A DNA stretch of 64,000 bases from Octopus vulgaris (GCA_951406725.2 OX597829.1:17608001-17672000); one strand, 5' to 3'. Shown: positions 39,641 to 52,970, counted from the first letter of the stretch. The notes: generated by a model from the letters alone, not told the origin. Translations and numbers: made by a program.

Positions 39641-40291
39641 GGACACAGAAAAAAACAAGGAGAGAAACAAGGAGAGAAAAAAAGGAGAGAAAAAAAGGAG
39701 AGAAAAAAGGAGAGTAAAAAGGAGAGAAAAAAGGAGAGTTACAGCGAAGTTACAGTAATCTAGTAACTACTCTTTAAAATGTCTCCGAAACTTCTAGAAT
39801 GCATCTCGCGTGTAAGTGATATGTTGCATGCACATACATCAATCAATGAGTGGATTTTGGAAATTGCTACAATTATTCGTAATATTGTCAAGAGCTTCTT
39901 TTTTTTTTCCCTTTTTAGAAGAAATGTGCAAAGTTTCTAGGAGGTGAATACTTTGCAATTTATATATTTATGGTTTTATGTTGTTTCGTATCACAAGTGC
40001 TTTTGGAAAGTAATCTATGACACTCGAGACTCTAGCTTCACGGATTTTTTTTTTTTTTGCATTGAGTTGTTTCCCTCGTTGCTAGGATACAAGAAATGTA
40101 CGTATACGGACACGTACACTCACATACATATACACACACATACACACACGCACACAAATATATAGCAAAAAAAGATAGAGATAGATAGACAGACAGACAG
40201 ACAGATAAACAAACAAGCTGACAGACAGGCGGACAGACAGACAGACAAACAGTTGGACGGACGGACGGGCAAATGGACAGACAAACAGACA

Positions 40292-41120
40292 GATTTCTTT
40301 GTTTAGCCACGCAGGGCCGAACACAGAGGGGACAATCAATGTAGAATTTTTCTCTTCGAAACCGATAAATAAGTATCGAAAGACGTTTTTTGGGCGTGTG
40401 CACAAGTAGATGACAAGGTGTCGTTTTTAACATTGTAAATTCCCAATAGAGGGAGAAAATATAATCGTGGAGAGAAAATCCTACGAAAAAGAACCACAGT
40501 AACCTCGGAAAAAGGAAAGTTATATGAAAACAAAGTGCCCTCACTCTTTTTGTTTTATAGGTTAATGCTCAAAGTGGTTCAGTCTTTCATATGAACCATT
40601 TTGCTACATTCGCCCATCTTTTATTGAACCTTTCATTAGACAAAACTACCCTCTCTACTCTTACCTTACCTTCCTTTTCAAGTAATATTTGAAAAATCGA
40701 TGAGTGTTTAGCCAGAAAGGAAAGTATTAGTCTCTAAGCCTTTCAAGCGAGTCCACCATACATATTCTTTCGCCATAGTCACCAGTACAATGAAAACTGC
40801 CTTGCCTTTCCGGTTAAAGGAAAGTGGTGGAGCAATATTTACGATAGACTCGACTGACAATCGGATTCGTCCCAGACGCGAGAGCAGCCATTTGACATAG
40901 GTCCACAGGTCTGAAATATGTGGACATTACACGAGTGCGTGCAGAACAGTTTAGTTGTTCTGACTGCATCTCGAGCAGATCGGTTCGTTGTTGATTGAAC
41001 CGTTTCTGTAGACATTTTCTCGAACAGGCAATGCTCCCCGATAGCATTGCCAGGCCAGGGATCTCTGGAAATAGTCGATATGCCCTGGCCCGAAAGTGAT
41101 CCGGGAGAGGTAGGTCAGGT
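40292..41120 (-). mobile_element. 3' fragment (ORF2 end and 3' UTR) of an L1/Tx1-clade LINE
   Basis: Nucleotide homology to 49654-50098 (e.g. GAGTCTATCGT.AATAT, ATGGCGAAAGAAT.TGT.TGGTGGAC); ends ...AAAGAAATC followed by (TGTC)n. Confidence 0.78.
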
Positions 41121-41256
41121 ATTTGATTAGATCGAAACCAGTACGCGACTGGTACTTAATTTATCGACCCCGAAAGGATGAAAGGCATGATGAAAGTCGA
41201 GCTCGGCGGAATTTGAACTCAAAATGTAAAGACAGACGAAATACCGCCTTTATATT

Positions 41257-41355
<99 letters not shown>

Positions 41356-41535
41356 GTGTGTGTGTGTGTGTGTGTATGTGCGTGTGTGAGTATGTATATA
41401 TATATATGTATATGATATATATATGTATATATGATGTATATCTATGTATATATATGTATGTATATATGTCTATACATATGTTTATATATATGATATATGC
41501 ATATATGTATATATATATGTATCTAGATATATATG

Positions 41536-41593
<58 letters not shown>

Positions 41594-41736
41594 TTTACAT
41601 AAATAAATAACGTGAAATACACGAAGGGACGAACAAAAGACAAACGGTTCATTCAAAGCCTTCATTCTTCAGTCAGAAACCGATTCCTCATCGCAGATTT
41701 CGGCTGTTTAATTTATATATATATATATATATATAT

Positions 41737-41770
<34 letters not shown>

Positions 41771-41959
41771 TATGTATTTTTCTCTTGTTAACAATTAACA
41801 CGGAAAAATAGATATTTACCAGGGTAGCAAAAAATCACACAAGTAAAAATGATGTAACTCTTTGTTTTTAATAGTAGAAGCCCCGAGTTTACGTGAAATA
41901 TATTGTATAATACATATAAATAAATAAATGGAGTTAAACGCAGGTGTTATTCAAATTCT

Positions 41960-42660
41960 TTTACTTCAGACACATGTTTAGAAGATATCACTGGTATTAT
42001 TCCAAAGGAATAAAATGGTATAAAACAATGTAATCTTCTTTTCAGAGAAATGAAGATATGAAACTCGTCAATAAGACATTTAAAAAAAAAATGATGAATA
42101 TGTATTGTGATTAACTGAACGCTATTATGTTTGTTTAAAAAAAAAACGTTAAACGATATAACGTCAAAGGTAGCCTATAGAAAAAGGAAGGGTAAAGGAA
42201 AGAAAAAACCAAATAAATGAGAAGTATATAACGATATGAAAATTAAATAAAACCCTAAAGTCTTGGAAAAAGATATATTTAGTGAATGTGAAATGTAAGA
42301 AGAAAATTAATGTGTAAATTATATATAATGATAGATGTCACTTATATGAATTAAAGGTGTGTTTCTGTCAATGTTTAGATCGGTATGCACACTCTATAAC
42401 CGTGTTTACAAGGGGGTTTTTAGAAAAAAGAAAAAATAGTTCAGAATTACAGAGAAAACATAATTCCTTGCCTTTATCATAAGGTATCGAAATTCAGAGA
42501 ATCAACTAATCTAAGTTAAATTGTTTATTGTAGTTTTTAGATACCAATTTAAATTACTAAGCCCTGTACTGTTACGTGTATTCCTATCCCTAAATGTAGA
42601 ATAATGATTAGAAATTCTTTTACATATCTGAGAAAAATACTTGCACCCCACATATGCTCT
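41960..42660 (-). mobile_element. Penelope-like element remnant: GIY-YIG endonuclease fragment plus 3' pLTR
   Basis: Minus translation from 42657: AYVGCKYFSQICKRISNHYSTFRDRNTRNSTGLSNLNWYLK, then after a frameshift PYDKGKELCFLCNSE (CxxC at 42460-42449); decayed hammerhead at 42050-41964. Confidence 0.72.
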
Positions 42661-42947
42661 CACACAATACATACATACATACATATACTGACAAAAATTA
42701 TCACCAATACTTTGTTGATAATGATGATATTTACCTTTGATGCATTCATAGCACGTATTATTGGTGACAGTGATTCGTATAATAGGCTCTTAAATTGTTC
42801 TATGAGAATTTCATTTACAAATCAAATACATATTCGGCTGAACTGGCTTCTCTATATATCTCGTACATTTTTATCAACTCCTATGAAATAATAGTTGAGT
42901 ATTTTCCAGTGACACTTGAAGTCACAATATTTGGGAAGGTTACAGAA

Positions 42948-43153
42948 GGCGGTGAGCTGGCAGAAACGTTAGCACACCGGGCGAAATGCTTAGCAGTATT
43001 TCATCTGCCGTTACGTTCTTTGCGTTTCATCCTTTCGTGGTCAATTAAATAAGTACCAGTTACGCACTGGGGTCGATATAATCGACTTAATCCGTGTGTC
43101 TGTTATCGTTTGTCCCTTCTGTGTTTAGCCCGTTGATGGTAGTAAAGAAATAG
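42948..43153 (+). mobile_element. SINE A with internal deletion and TSD
   Basis: AGGTTACAGAA on both flanks. Confidence 0.88.
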
Positions 43154-43788
43154 GTTACAGAACGGTGTCCTGGATAGAAACAGCCATCAGCGTATGTTTA
43201 TAGTCTTTATAAATTAGAGAAGTTACAGACAATGTGGACCGCAGCCAATTTGAACTCAGAACCTACAGTATGGGTTCTAAATACTTTTAAAGAATCTTTG
43301 TTCAATAATCTACTAATTTCAACAAGGTATCGTATATCCACATCTACTGAAGAACTACACAGAACGAGATAAATTTTGGAATTGACTGTTGAGTAGTTTC
43401 GTCAGTGAAATACTCTGGTTACGAAATTTAAATCTGTATTCTCTTAAAAGTCGTCGATATTGTTGAAAAGACACGTTTACAGCCCTTGGTAGCTACTGAT
43501 ATATGAAACAGTCATCTCTCATCACCATCTCGATAATTCTAAATCCCAAGTACAAACTTACACGTGTACGCTTTGTTTAATAGATATCTTTATTTTCCAC
43601 TTTTTTTACTCGTGTAACATAAACAAAAGTAAAAAGAAAAGAAAAAGGAAAATGTCCTGAGAATATTTATTCCTGGAATTCTAAGATATCGAATCTAAGA
43701 TTATCTGACAAAATAAATCGTTAAAATGAGCAGCTAATGAAAATTCTTTTATCTACGGGACAGATAAAAGAAAAAAGAGACTTTAACA

Positions 43789-43992
<204 letters not shown>

Positions 43993-44581
43993 TGTACGAA
44001 TCCTTCAAATGGCTCTGTGAAAATTTCCTAGGCAACAAGAGATCTTCTAGGCTCCTATGCTGCAATGGGCTGTCGGATGTCACTAAAAGTCCATTTCCTC
44101 GATTCACACTAGGACTTTTTTGCTAGAACCTTAGAGCAGTGTCTGATGAGCAAGGTGAACGCTTTCATCAAGATATTGCATCGATGGAACAACGATATCA
44201 AGGATTTTGGAATGCAGCAATGTTAGCTGACTACTGTTGGGTGTTATACAGGGATGAACCTGAGACAAAACACCATAGAAAGTTCAAATCCCAAAGATTT
44301 TAAGTTGTTATGTATTTGAGTGTATTCTAACTTATTTGTACACAATAATTTAAAATTTGTACAATAAAAAGCTATGAAATTATCGTATCTTGTATTCAAT
44401 ATACTTTATATAGACATGCATTACGTATCCTATAAGTTAAAACAGCAGGTATCATAAACATGAAAATGTGACCTGATACAGGAAATCGGACTTCAGGTTT
44501 GTAATCAGCATCAAAAATTAACCCAGAAACGTCAATCAGCAACTCTGACGATTAAAAAAAGTTTCATTTTGTTGACCAGTG
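43993..44581 (+). mobile_element. 3' half of a Chapaev (Chapaev3-like, CMC) DNA transposon with disrupted transposase
   Basis: ENFLGNK...MGCRMSLKVHFLDSH*DFF, frameshift, NLRAVSDEQGERFHQDIASMEQRYQGFWNAAMLADYCW..stop 44301-44303; ends ...GTTGACCAGTG (CACTG-type terminus). Confidence 0.82.
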
Positions 44582-44584
44582 TAA

Positions 44585-45140
44585 TATGCCCTGATGCAGT
44601 ACCAGGCAGTGGTTCTCGTGGCTTCTGATCTTAGCTGATTGGAAGTGTTATCATGTACATTGTTTTGTCTTGGTATAAAAGATGGGCTACAGCAAATATT
44701 CTGCTCAATACCACAGATTTGCTTCTCAGTTGTTTGACCTTAACTAGTTAACCATGTCCCTTAGTGGCTGACGATACGTGCATCTCTGATCACGAGCAGA
44801 AGTAGTGGGGGAGCATCATAGCCATGTGTTGAGAGGGATTCTTAGAGGTTTGGATAATTCACCTTTGGAAACATGGGTGTTTCATTCAACATCCTTAAAT
44901 AATCCTTATTCAGGGACCTTTTGAGCGGGATGGGTTACTCGACCAGAAGAAAATTCTATCTGGGCCCCATCTGCAAGGTCATGTACTGTTTATCTTGATG
45001 TGAGATCACCGTGTCGCACACATATGGTTGCGATGCATGTGCCTAGTGTACCCTTATCAGACGGGTAGTCATGATGGGTATCCTGGGTTTCGTATTTGTA
45101 CCCCAGTGTCACTTTGATGGCATGCACTGCTCTCTCACTC
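44585..45140. mobile_element. Unclassified ~555-bp non-coding interspersed element ending in (AAT)n
   Basis: Sharp compositional boundaries, abuts (AAT)n at 45141; single copy here, so repeat status is inferred. Confidence 0.4.
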
Positions 45141-45229
<89 letters not shown>

Positions 45230-45325
45230 TAACAACAACAACAACAACAACAACACAACCACCACCACCAACAACAACAACAACAACAACAACAAGAAAA
45301 AGAAGAAGAAAAAGAAAAAGAAGAA
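45141..45325. repeat. (AAT)n(AAC)n(AAG)n microsatellite
   Basis: Direct reading. Confidence 0.97.
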
Positions 45326-45769
45326 TTATTATGTCACCTCTGACAAGAAATGTATTCCTGCCAAATAGGAAACGGCATTCAGAGGTCTCACGTAACATTG
45401 AACAATTTCTTTATGGAATAAACATGCGACAAGATTATCATTTAGATTGTAATTTTTTTTTTCATAAAATTCCGGAATAATTACATTTTTTACTTTTAAA
45501 ACACAAGGCCACACTATACACTTCGTTACTTTGGCTGTAGCTTTTCTATTATAGGCACGATGTCTGAAATTTCGTAGAAGGTGGGTTCTTGTCGATTACA
45601 TCGATAGCCAATACTTGAATGGTTTTTATTCCATCGATCTCGGCAGAATTTGAAATCAGAACATAACGACGGACGAAATGTTGCTAAGATGTCTGACATG
45701 CTAATGATACCTTCATAAAATGAAGATTTCTAGTGTGTTGTAGAACAAAAAAGTTAAACACACACAGGT

Positions 45770-45970
45770 ACTCCGGCGGTTACGACAACGAATGCTCCAG
45801 TTGATCCAACTAAGAGAATAGCTTGCTTGTGAAATTAACGTGTAAGTGGCTGAACACTCCACAGACATGTGTACCCTTAACGTAGTTCTCAGGGAGAGTC
45901 AACGTGACACAGTGTGTGACAAGGCTGGCCCTTTGAATTAAAGGTAAAACTAATTTTTGCCAGGTGAGAG
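45770..45970 (-). mobile_element. SINE C, 5'-truncated
   Basis: Homology to the 4384 and 36025 copies. Confidence 0.8.
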
Positions 45971-45974
45971 AACT

Positions 45975-46330
45975 GCAGGAACCTGGTTCATTTTGGACAT
46001 TACTCTGACTATGGCAGCTTTCAAAGAATCTTTGCCGTTATGGGCATGTTCATTGATCTCTCTCTCTCAACAACACTCCATATGTGTAATAGTCCAATGG
46101 ATTGAGATCTGGGGAATTAGGAGGTCAAATGTGAGGGGTTATGTGATCATAAACATTTTCAGTCATCCATTCCTGTGTTACTAAAGCCATGTGTGATAGT
46201 GCAGAGTCTTACTAAAACACGTATGGCTTTCCATTGCATACACTGTCTATCCAGGGCTTAACAATTATTTACAGAATTTCAATGTAGGCGGCAGAATTAA
46301 TTCTAAGGCATTGTGGAAGGCATCATTTGT
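45975..46330 (-). pseudogene. Tc1/mariner (maT/DD37D-like) transposase catalytic-domain remnant
   Basis: Minus translation PQCLRINSAAYIEIL*IIVKPWIDSVCNGKPYVF..DSALSH...QEWMTEN...PPNSPDLNPLDY...KDSLKAAIVRVM, with stops. Confidence 0.82.
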
Positions 46331-46365
46331 CCTTCATTGATGGTAACTACTAAAACCATAATAGG

Positions 46366-46724
46366 GGAGGAGGAGGAGAAAAGAATGAGGAGGAGGAGAA
46401 AAGAATGAGGAGGAGAAAAGAATGAGGAGGAGGAGAAAAGAATGAGGAGGAGGAGAAAAGAATGAGGAGGAGGAGGAGAAGAACAAGAAGAACAAGAACA
46501 AGAAGAACAAGTACAAGAAGAACAAGTACAAGAAGAAGAAGAAGAAGAAGAAGAAGAAGAAGAAGAAGAAGAAGAAGAAGAAGAAGAAGAAGAAGAAGAA
46601 GAAGAAGAAGAAGAAGAAGAAGAAGAAGAAGAAGAAGAAGAAGAAGAAGAAGAAGAAGAAGAAGAAGAAGAAGAAGAAGAAGAAGAAGAAGAAGAAGAAG
46701 AAGAAGAAGAAGAAGAAGAAGAAA
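46366..46724. repeat. (GAGGAGGAGGAGAAAAGAAT)x5 minisatellite grading into long (GAA)n
   Basis: Direct reading. Confidence 0.97.
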
Positions 46725-47479
46725 GTAAAATACTTTGAAAATTATTTCTTCCGATGTGACCATTCCCACTTTTTCCTATGAATAGTCCACCGTATCAAGC
46801 ATTTTTCCTTATATTTCTTCAACATGACTCTACTTAATCTATTGAAAATCAGACATTGACAACCCTTTATACGCGACGCTGATTTCCTTTCCTTCGGTTT
46901 TTTTTTCTTTCAATTCTCCTCTCTTCCCTAACACCCCACCCACCCCATTGCTAACATTTAACTTCCCACGCATTACTCCCCCCACCTCTATCATTAATTG
47001 TTGACATATCTTTCCTGCCATACTCTCTCATTCCTATCACCACTCTCTCACTTTTGCAGTCCTTCTCCATTACCTCGTCTTGTTCTCTCACTCCCTTCCT
47101 TCCTTCTTCACACCGCTCACATTGTTTGTTTCTCTTCAACCCCTTTACCAATGAAAAACATGTAGCTGTCAAACCGCGATCTCTCCTAATACTCTTGCGT
47201 TCTCACACCCTTCTTTCCTATCCGATTATAGTCACTATCTTTATACTCTTACACCATGTTTTTATCTCTCGTTGTTCAAATCATGTTACAATGCACCACC
47301 GGAGGCAACGGTACAATAATGAGGATTACTTTTGGAATTACAGGGAAACGAAAGTGGTTAGGATTTTGTACCCACAGTCAATAATTAAACCTGGTTTCCA
47401 TTATGGGACTTGTACAATGCGTTCTTGAGCAAAACATTTCATTTCACTTCACTCCAGGTAATAAGTGGGAAGTTAATTC

Positions 47480-47740
47480 TATGACGGACCGAATAAGGGG
47501 ACATGTTGTTATTTCCGTCATTTATTCGCCATAGAAATAGGCTTCGTGTCCTTGGAGACATAGAAAAACCTTTGTCGAAGTCGGGATAATATACAATCTC
47601 TCTGGTGCTGATGTCACGATAGAAGGTAACCTGTAATGAAGTTGACATACGAGCAGAGACACGCAGGCCACAGAAAACTGTCTAAACTTTTGAAGGTACA
47701 ACAACTCTAGCGTCAGTACCACGGTCTAAGAGAGCATTAC
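47480..47740 (-). pseudogene. Highly decayed CR1/L2-like reverse transcriptase fragment
   Basis: TSLQVTFY...IVYYPDFDKGFSMSP resembles the TNL..FY...vYLDFSKAFD.VP RT motif. Confidence 0.4.
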
Positions 47741-47848
47741 TTCCGAATAGGTGCTCGACGAAAACCAATGTCCACATGAGGAACTGACGTAGAAGTTTTA
47801 TGATCATATATTCTGTGTGCGTGTGTGTGTGTGGGTGTGTGTGTGTGT

Positions 47849-47916
<68 letters not shown>

Positions 47917-48014
47917 GAAAACAGTTTGACTCGGCTCTGTGCGATTTAAAGTTTCGCAGTCTTCTTACAGGAATCTAGCTCGTACAGGCTCAGATTACCG
48001 ATGATATATATGCA

Positions 48015-48055
<41 letters not shown>

Positions 48056-48077
48056 CACACATATATATATATATATA

Positions 48078-48122
<45 letters not shown>

Positions 48123-48449
48123 ATGTGTGCATGCATACGCATACATATTATATAACATATATCATATATATGTATCCATATACATGTGTGGATACATATC
48201 GTATACATATCTATTTATCTCTCTATGTAAGTATGTGTATGTATATATGGAAAGATAGAAAGATAGACAGACAAACAGACAGATAGACAGATAGATAAAC
48301 AAAGACGTGAGAGAGAGAGAAAGGAAGAGAGAGAAGCATAGAAGATCATAATTATTTACACACACATACAGAGTATAATACAACTCAACCTACACAAACA
48401 TAGAGCATCATACACACAATTATATACGCAGTATACACATGCAGTGTAG

Positions 48450-48848
48450 ACACACATCATACATACACGCATCATACATACACGCATCATACATACACAC
48501 ATCATACATTCATACATACATCATATATACACACATCATACATTCATACATACATCATATATACACACATCATACATACACACATCATAAATACATACAT
48601 CATACATACATACATACATACATACATCATATATACACACATCATACATACACACATCATAGATACATACATCATACATACACACATACATACACACATA
48701 CATACATACATACACACATCATACATACATACATACATACATACATCATATATACACACATCATAGATACACACATCATAGATACATACATCATACATAC
48801 ATACATACACACACACATACACACATCATACATACATACATACATACA
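48450..48848. repeat. Degenerate (CATA)/(CATCATACATACACA) simple repeat
   Basis: Direct reading. Confidence 0.93.
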
Positions 48849-49376
48849 GAAACGCATCCAACATTTACAACATTTCTCACACACATAGAAACACATGTCA
48901 CACTTATCAAACAAGTAAGCGGCCCGAAAGAATGTTTAATTTTGTCGAATTAAATTTCTGCCTTGTTGTGTCTTTTTATTCGTTTCATTCCGTTTATTTA
49001 TTTTTGCTGTTGTTGTTGGTTTCGTTTTATTTCTTCTTTGCCTTTTTTACTGGTTTTTTTTTTTTTTATCATTCGACTTCCTTATCTTCTTTTCATCGTA
49101 CGAGTCAAAATTCAGCATGTAAAAAGTCTTCCTTGTCGCTACTTCGTTTATTGTTGGTGCCTGTCCCTTAGTCGGTGCTTTGATTCTGGCTTATTGACGC
49201 TACGTTCCCTCCGTGGTGGCTGCTGCTCATTTAATCTATCTCTTGGAAAACTGTTCCTCTTATTAACCTGTCATGTACGTTACCTAAATCTAATTTCACA
49301 TCTAAGAGGCGCTATTGTGAAGTTATGTCCTTATTAGAAGTCCCCCTCTCTCTCTCTCCCTCTCTCTCTCTCTCAC

Positions 49377-49653
<277 letters not shown>

Positions 49654-50098
49654 GGGCAAACCTGGGCGTCGACGAGGAATACCTGACCCGCCTGTTTTAA
49701 ACGACTTTCGGCCCGGGACCTATGGACAACTTCCAGAGATGGCGGTGCTACCGAGAAGCGCTACCCGTTCGGGATAAGCTCTATAGGCATGGCTCGAGAA
49801 ACACGGGGCCGACCTGCCCGAGATGCGGTCAGAGCGACGAAACCGCTCTGCACGCAATCGTGCAGTGTCCAGCAATTTCCGACCTGTGGGCTTATGTCGA
49901 ACGACTGCTGTCACGTGTGGGACGTGTCGGTTTATCAGCCGAGTCTATCGTTAATATCGTCACGCCTCCTTCCTTCAAACGGGAAGGAAGAGCTATTTTT
50001 ATCATACGTGTGGCTATGGCGAAAGAATGTATCTGGTGGACGCGCCTGAAAGGATTAGAGACAAACACTTTCCTCTCTGGTCAATCTCTCATCAACTT
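49654..50098 (+). pseudogene. L1/Tx1-clade LINE ORF2 C-terminal fragment (zf-RVT zinc knuckle)
   Basis: ORF 49722-50198: ALPVRDKL...CPRCGQSDETALHAIVQC..LW...IWWTR; truncated where SINE B begins. Confidence 0.82.
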
Positions 50099-50213
50099 CC
50101 GGGTTCAGTCCCACTGCGTGGCATCTTGGGCAAGTGTCTTCTGCTATAGCCCCGGGCCGACCAAAGCCTTAAGAGTGGATTTGGTAGACGTAAACTGAAA
50201 GAAGCCCGTCGTA

Positions 50214-50244
<31 letters not shown>

Positions 50245-50464
50245 GCGTGTGTGGGTTTGTGTGTCTGTGTTTGTCCCCCTAGCATTGCTTGACAACCGAT
50301 GCTGGTGTGTTTATGTCCCCGTTACTTAGCGGTTCGGCAAAAGACCGATAGAATAAGTACTGGGCTTACAAAAGAATAAGTCCCGGGGTCGAGTTGCTCG
50401 ATTAAAGGCGGTGCCCTAGCATGGCCGCAGTCAAAAGGCTGAAACAAGTGAAAGAGTAAAAGAG

Positions 50465-50465
<1 letters not shown>
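50098..50465 (+). mobile_element. SINE family B (young) with internal (TA)n/(TG)n
   Basis: Close match to the 1805 and 7295 copies. Confidence 0.9.
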
Positions 50466-50498
<33 letters not shown>

Positions 50499-51303
50499 TG
50501 TATGTATGTATGTATGTATGTATATATGTATGTATGTATCAGCACTCGGGCTGTATGTATGTGTGTATGTATGTATGCATATATGTATGTATGAGCACTC
50601 GGGCTATTCGGGCTTCGCCCGAGTATAAATTCAGTAAAGTGAACGTGTATTTGCAAACTGATCTAATTTTATGCCAACACTGACTTCAAGTATGTAACTG
50701 CGGTATGTAATTGCAAGTATGTAATTCCTTTGATTGAGCCTAGTCGCAGTTCATTTCAGCGTCTGGCGCTCGTCTTGGAGGTGCCCTGCGTCAAAAAATA
50801 TCATTCATTACCAGACGTTCTCTCGACATCGTTCACACTCGGACTCAGAAGTGTTATCTATAATCATAAAAGTTAAAGTAATTCGAATTCAATGTTTTCT
50901 TGAAACAATAAATCTGCAATATTCTTAAAGAATCGAAAAATTTATCTAACAACTCGGGCTAATACGAATGAGCTTGGTAGGTGTAAAAGACTAACCGGCA
51001 TCTCTTGTCAAGAGAACAGGCGACAGTCAGATCGGTGATGTTTGTTGTGCACTTTGATGTCTTTATTTGATTGTTGTTATTCTGTGCATCTGTGTAAAGA
51101 TCAGTTGTGTTTTGCAGGAATGCTTTGGAGAAAGGCATAGTGCTAGATTTGAAAAAAAAAGAAGCCATTTGTGGCTAGAAATAAAACGGAAATACGTGAA
51201 ATTCTGCGAACAGACATGTGTCTCATGCGATATCTGTGATGAGCCCGAGTTACGCTAATGACCTGGAGTAGCCTCTGATATATACATCTCTCTCTCTCTC
51301 TCC

Positions 51304-51335
<32 letters not shown>

Positions 51336-51425
51336 TCACATGCACACACACACACACATATTTATATCTTTCTTACTCTCACTATTTATATATATATATA
51401 TATATATATATTCTATCTCTCACTG

Positions 51426-51469
<44 letters not shown>

Positions 51470-52089
51470 TTCTTTATGTCTTCCCTCCTTCTTTTCTGCC
51501 TCTCTCGCAAGTCAGCAAACCCACCAATTCCGGCCAAGAACCATGATTTAATTTTCTTACTTATCAACTTTTCTTAACGCTTTCATGATATCAACCTGGT
51601 ATTCCATCTATTTAGTACCTCCTGAACTGTCTTGAATACTATTCACTACCCCTAATTCATCTGTTTTCGCCGTCTATATATAGCATTTATTCTCAGCACA
51701 TGATATACCTTGCCACATAACCTGGATACACGACTGCCATAACGGGAAGGTGTCAATATCTTCATCCGCATGACGATGCTGCTTCAATCCCCTTACCTCC
51801 ACGTTCCATTTCCATTTCCTTCCACGTACCATCCATCCATGTCATCTCTCCAGTGAACTATCCATCACTATCCTCTTTTTCAATATGACCTTTTTTTTTT
51901 TTTTTTACCTATTCATCAATAAACCCACCCTTCTTTGAAGCGCGCCGCTAAACTGCGTGCCGGTCGGCCTTCCCATCACTATTCATCCGTCCGAGTGCTT
52001 TCATCCGTTTCCATTTCCGTTGACACATTGGCCTACTCCCCGAAAACATTAAACGATCTCTCAGGCCCAGCAAATTCTTACCCCATATG

Positions 52090-52970
52090 GTAAACGGATT
52101 AATCTTCAGATTTGCGACCGTTATTTATTGTCTCAAATGTCATATGTAGATCAATCTTGCCTTTATATAGTCTCTGTTGAGTTAAAAATCATCATTGGCT
52201 GGGTGGGTCTGAGTGGGGTGTAATTAAGTTTTCATGGTTGGTAGTTACGGAAAGGTGTTCTGCAGAAATTTTAATTGATTAAATTTGGGGTAATTTTATT
52301 GTTTAGAATGTATGCGGAATTTTATAAACATGCATGTAGGTGTTTTTCCCTTGTTAAGTAGACACAAGGTTTGAGATTTGCCTTTCATCCTTTCGGGGTC
52401 GATAAATTAAGTACCAGTTACGCACTGGAGTCGATGTAATCGACTTAATACCTATGTCTGTCCTTGTTTGTGCCCTCTGTGTTTAGCCCCTTGTGGGTAG
52501 TAAAGAAATAGGTATTATTGGATTTAATCCTTTCATTTCGACAATATAAGGGCCAAAGGTACAGTGTCCAGTGTTTAAGCCCTTAGTAACTGGCTGTGTT
52601 CACTTTTTTCACAAAAGAATTTACGTATGTGGTATGCTTAGACTGGTCATTTATTTACTTCTTGTTATCTAAGTCATTTCTTGTGTTCATTTGTAAGGTT
52701 ACGGTTATTAGTAAGGCATGTCTTGTCTTTTTTTAATACAGACAGTTGTTTCACTTGTGCTTTGACGTTCACAAAAGTAATTGAGTAAAGGTTGTATGTT
52801 TATATTTCTCTGAATAGCCATTGTTCTATAAGCAATTTGATTGGTGTATAAACATTTTAAACTTCCTATTTTTTTTTTTAGGTAGAGTTCGTTTGATGTT
52901 TGTTTATAAAATTTCTCCAAATTCTGTTTTAGATATAAGCTAAAGTGGGGCTGATGTAGGTGTGTATATA
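52090..52970 (-). mobile_element. Possible old Penelope-like remnant interrupted by a truncated SINE A (52376-52515, +)
   Basis: PHFSLYLKQNLEKF...IAYRTM loosely resembles the PLE linker (PPFS..VKTN.GK.F...ISYS.M); the SINE part is clear, the PLE call is weak. Confidence 0.35.

Larger units (their letters stand above)
37843..39814 (-). mobile_element. Degenerate mariner (Tc1/mariner) transposon with nested insertions
   Basis: ORF 39148-39354 YAIKFCDKL..ESYEMYQ..Y...MSQASVFHWRKRFKDGR is a mariner HTH; VHRII/HEDLNMCKVC at ~38400-38500; FWLFPKLK at ~38035-38060; degenerate TIRs TACAGACGGTGCATTC (37843) and GAATGCATCTCGCGTGTA (39814). Confidence 0.8.

Noticed and set aside
41640-41710. Hammerhead-like CTGAAGA and CCGAAA on the minus strand
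   Set aside because: Order and spacing do not give consistent stems; at most a truncated pLTR piece
50541-51255. MITE suggested by repeated CTCGGGCT/AGCCCGAG words
   Set aside because: No definable TIR pair or TSD by eye
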